Assembly: GCA_038496445.1 (NCBI GenBank)
Contig: JALMLS010000548.1
Coordinates: forward strand, 1-64,000
DNA: 64,000 bases
Direction: 5' to 3'
Origin: Trichosphaerium sp. ATCC 40318
Lineage: Eukaryota > Protista > Tubulinea
In this document: positions 61,501 through 64,000 of the stretch, one piece after another
Layout of the letters: each line of letters starts with the position of its first letter
How positions within the stretch are numbered: position 1 is the first letter of the stretch
Program-made: the position numbers and the translations under genes
The notes under the pieces: model-generated
What the model was told of the DNA's origin: nothing
Database searches by the model: none
What the model saw: the letters and a program-made list of their open reading frames with translations, nothing else

Positions 61501-64000
61501 CGTTGTTGTAGATATTTCAACAAACCAAAGTTAACTTTCTGTTAGTTAGCGGATTTTACAGTTTGCTCAGCGTTTGTCTAAAAATAGCGTCTTCACAGAA
61601 TTATTTTGAGTCTGTGGATAATGGAGATACCCCAGTAGTACTACATATTAGTCAAAAATACTACCTACTTATAATTTAAAGGATGCAGATGACATGCAGA
61701 TTTCGGAGCTTGAGAACAAAAAGCTCTGTTTTAAAATGTTCTCTAAGTTCCTTCAAGAAGTCTTTGTTCGTATCAAGCAGTACAAGGATGAACTGTTAAG
61801 TTCATGTCTACAGCTTGTATTGTCTATTCCAAAACAATTTGTACATATTCCACAGCTCATACCGTCACTTCAAATGGCGTTCAGACTTGGTCTTACGTAT
61901 CAACCTCAATCAACTTTTTGCTTTTAATTTCTTTTTTTACCTTGATTTTTTCCTTCACTACCCCAGCTATACACCTATGGCTGATCTTGGGCTCGATACA
62001 ATAAATTACTGGTATGTTTCACTTGCTGGTTAGGGATCAGAAGTCGTCTCACTCTTTTTGTGCAGGTTTAATGTTAAAAAAGAAGAACTAAATGAACATC
62101 TGCATAAAATCTTGCCTTTGCTGAATGATTATCTTCGCCTTACTGACACAGAAACTGAATCAGCTGCTTTGGGACAAAAAGAGGATATGGAGAAAATTGA
62201 GCAAAACAAAGCAGCGGAAGAAAAGAGTGAACAGTACGAAGTCAAAATCAAAATCTTGAAATTGTTGGCAAGATTTGGAGGAGATAACATTAACTTGATA
62301 AAAGATGTCAACCTCTCTTCAGTGCGCTTTTACTTAACAACCTTCATCCTGGTTTACTGAATTTACCACTGTTACTGACGCGTGATTTCTATAGGATTCA
62401 GATTCAGCTATGGCATGGGATACAGTCAAACGTGTTGCGTTTTACCTTCCATTCCAAAACTTAAAACCAAAGTTGATGCTTGACGAAATGTTACCTCGTA
62501 TTACTGAGCTTGCAGAGGTACATTCCACTTATTATACCACTCATTGCTCATTATTCCTTGTAGAACTCTAGCGACAGACAGACAAAGGTTGCTGCGTGTG
62601 AATTGCTCCATTCACTCATACTATTAATGCTTGGTAGCAACGCAAAACCTAAACCTGTACGACCTTAACTTTTTTACTTGTCTCTGTTTTTATAAAGTCG
62701 TAGGATCCTTTGTTTAAGTTGTATGGGAAACTATTCCCTGCAGGTAATATTACCCATCTAAGTCAATACCAAGTTTCTCACATACTTGTAGTTATAAGAC
62801 TCGCTTGCGATGCTGAGCAAGTGGCTAGACAACTTTTTGAAGCATTGACAATGCAACTCATTCATTGGTTTACTAAAAATATGAAATTTGAAAACCCTGA
62901 CACAGTAGCATTACTAGACTCAATAATAGAAGTAAGTGTTGGCAGCAACTAAATGGAAAATATGTATGTTTGTTAACCTTTTCGTTCTAGGCTGTTGGTG
63001 ATTCATCTAGCTCTGGATTACGGGATTTCGCTGCTAAATGTCTTGCTGAGTTTTTGAGGTGGTCTATTAAACAGAGAACAAAAAAGGTACTGGCTGAGTT
63101 TTATGAAGTGTTGTTTTCATTGTTCTTTTTTTGTCTAACTCATGTGATTAGCAACAAAAAGATAATCCGTTTAATGCACTTTCTCTATTCAAGAGACTTT
63201 ATAGTCTTGCACAACATCCTAACCCTTACAAACGCCTCGGATGTGCCCTTACTTTCAAGGTACATTAATACCGTTACATGCAACAATAACTTATCGGTCT
63301 TTTTTAATGAAGCAACTTTATCGTGTTTTCCGAGAGGAGGAAGCCCTAGTTGACCAATTTGTATTGGAAATGGCTAGTATTATGCTTGTAAGTATGCGTC
63401 TTGCTGCAACAGATCCAGATTCTGTTGGTACAGAGAGATTAGTCGGTCAAGTCCTTGAACATCTTGGAAAGATATTAAAACACTACAGAAAAAAGTTACT
63501 AAAACCTAACCCAAAACGTCGCATGCACAAGAACCTAGTACGCTCTTTTTAATTTACTTTATCTAGCTTACGTCTGCTGTTTAGATAAAATTTGTGGATT
63601 GGCTGTTCAAGGAAGTAGGACGCCAAGAAGAGTGTGTTAGGAGGACGGCATTTTCTTTGTTCCTTACTCTTGTAACAGCTATTCCAGGCACGTGTTTTTC
63701 AATCATATCCAAATAATTTTGTTTACATTCGTACAGAGGTTTCAACGCCAGCAGATTGGCTAGAAAGGAAGGTAACATCAAAAGGAAGTGCTTGGTTAGT
63801 AAAAATCTTTGAAGAGGACCTCATTGTGCGTTACATGTTTCTCTTCGTTCGAAAACTGACTTGCTTTTAACAACAGCCGCTCGATCCCAACACTATGAAG
63901 TATAGTCTTGCTATTAAGTCTCATCAAAGAACAGCTGGTTGTATGGATGGGTATGTTTGGATTCTATCTCATAAGATGATCGATCCACGACGTATTTTCG
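58546..64000 (+). CDS. PRKDC: DNA-dependent protein kinase catalytic subunit, 5' part (runs off the window)
   Basis: [96 protein letters not shown]. Confidence 0.95.
59221..59392 (+). other. U12-type (minor spliceosome) GT-AG intron
   Basis: Donor GTATCCTT at 59221; branch site TTTCCTTGAC at 59375-59384, close to the AG at 59391-59392. Splicing here restores the frame MADV|YVREF. Confidence 0.85.

Noticed and set aside
382-63781. Many 60-130 aa ORFs in the track antisense to or overlapping real exons (e.g. 382-609, 6921-7241, 43736-44116)
   Set aside because: Shadow frames of coding exons or repeats with no independent motif.
1017-64000. Stop-codon reassignment or widespread pseudogenisation suggested by fragmented ORFs
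   Set aside because: The stops fall inside short spliceosomal introns. Spliced frames read cleanly in the standard code and end in TAA, TAG or TGA.

Overview
Gene-dense, intron-rich nuclear DNA from a microbial eukaryote. Introns are mostly 40-70 nt with dominant GTACG/GTAAG donors; TTAGGG-type motifs, Arp2/3, DHCR7, CLU and DNA-PKcs are present. An amoebozoan origin is inferred, not proven. I assembled 21 protein genes by hand across introns. In order: SENP8/DEN1, proteasome beta2, a bacterial-type mannonate dehydratase (UxuA), DDX56/DBP9, an aldo-keto reductase, SET1, a CRAL-TRIO protein, ARPC1, a VTC4-like polyphosphate polymerase, a Munc13-homology protein, an EF-hand/PIP5K fusion, SCC3/STAG, a tandem aegerolysin-like protein, APRT, a GPI-type Cys-rich mucin, a putative glycosyltransferase, DHCR7, CLU1, two intronless probably foreign genes, a DnaQ-like exonuclease and the 5' part of DNA-PKcs. 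The most novel-looking item is the VTC4 gene. It keeps the polymerase active site, has lost the inositol-pyrophosphate-binding lysines of its SPX domain, and carries an extra predicted-luminal CYTH/tunnel-enzyme-like domain after the TM region. Other highlights are a clear U12-type intron, repeated GC-AG introns, an intronic C/D snoRNA, structured long introns, a retro-insertion with a 16-bp TSD, and a CpG-free zone over telomere-like repeats. Gene boundaries come from manual splicing and are approximate. No database searches were run.
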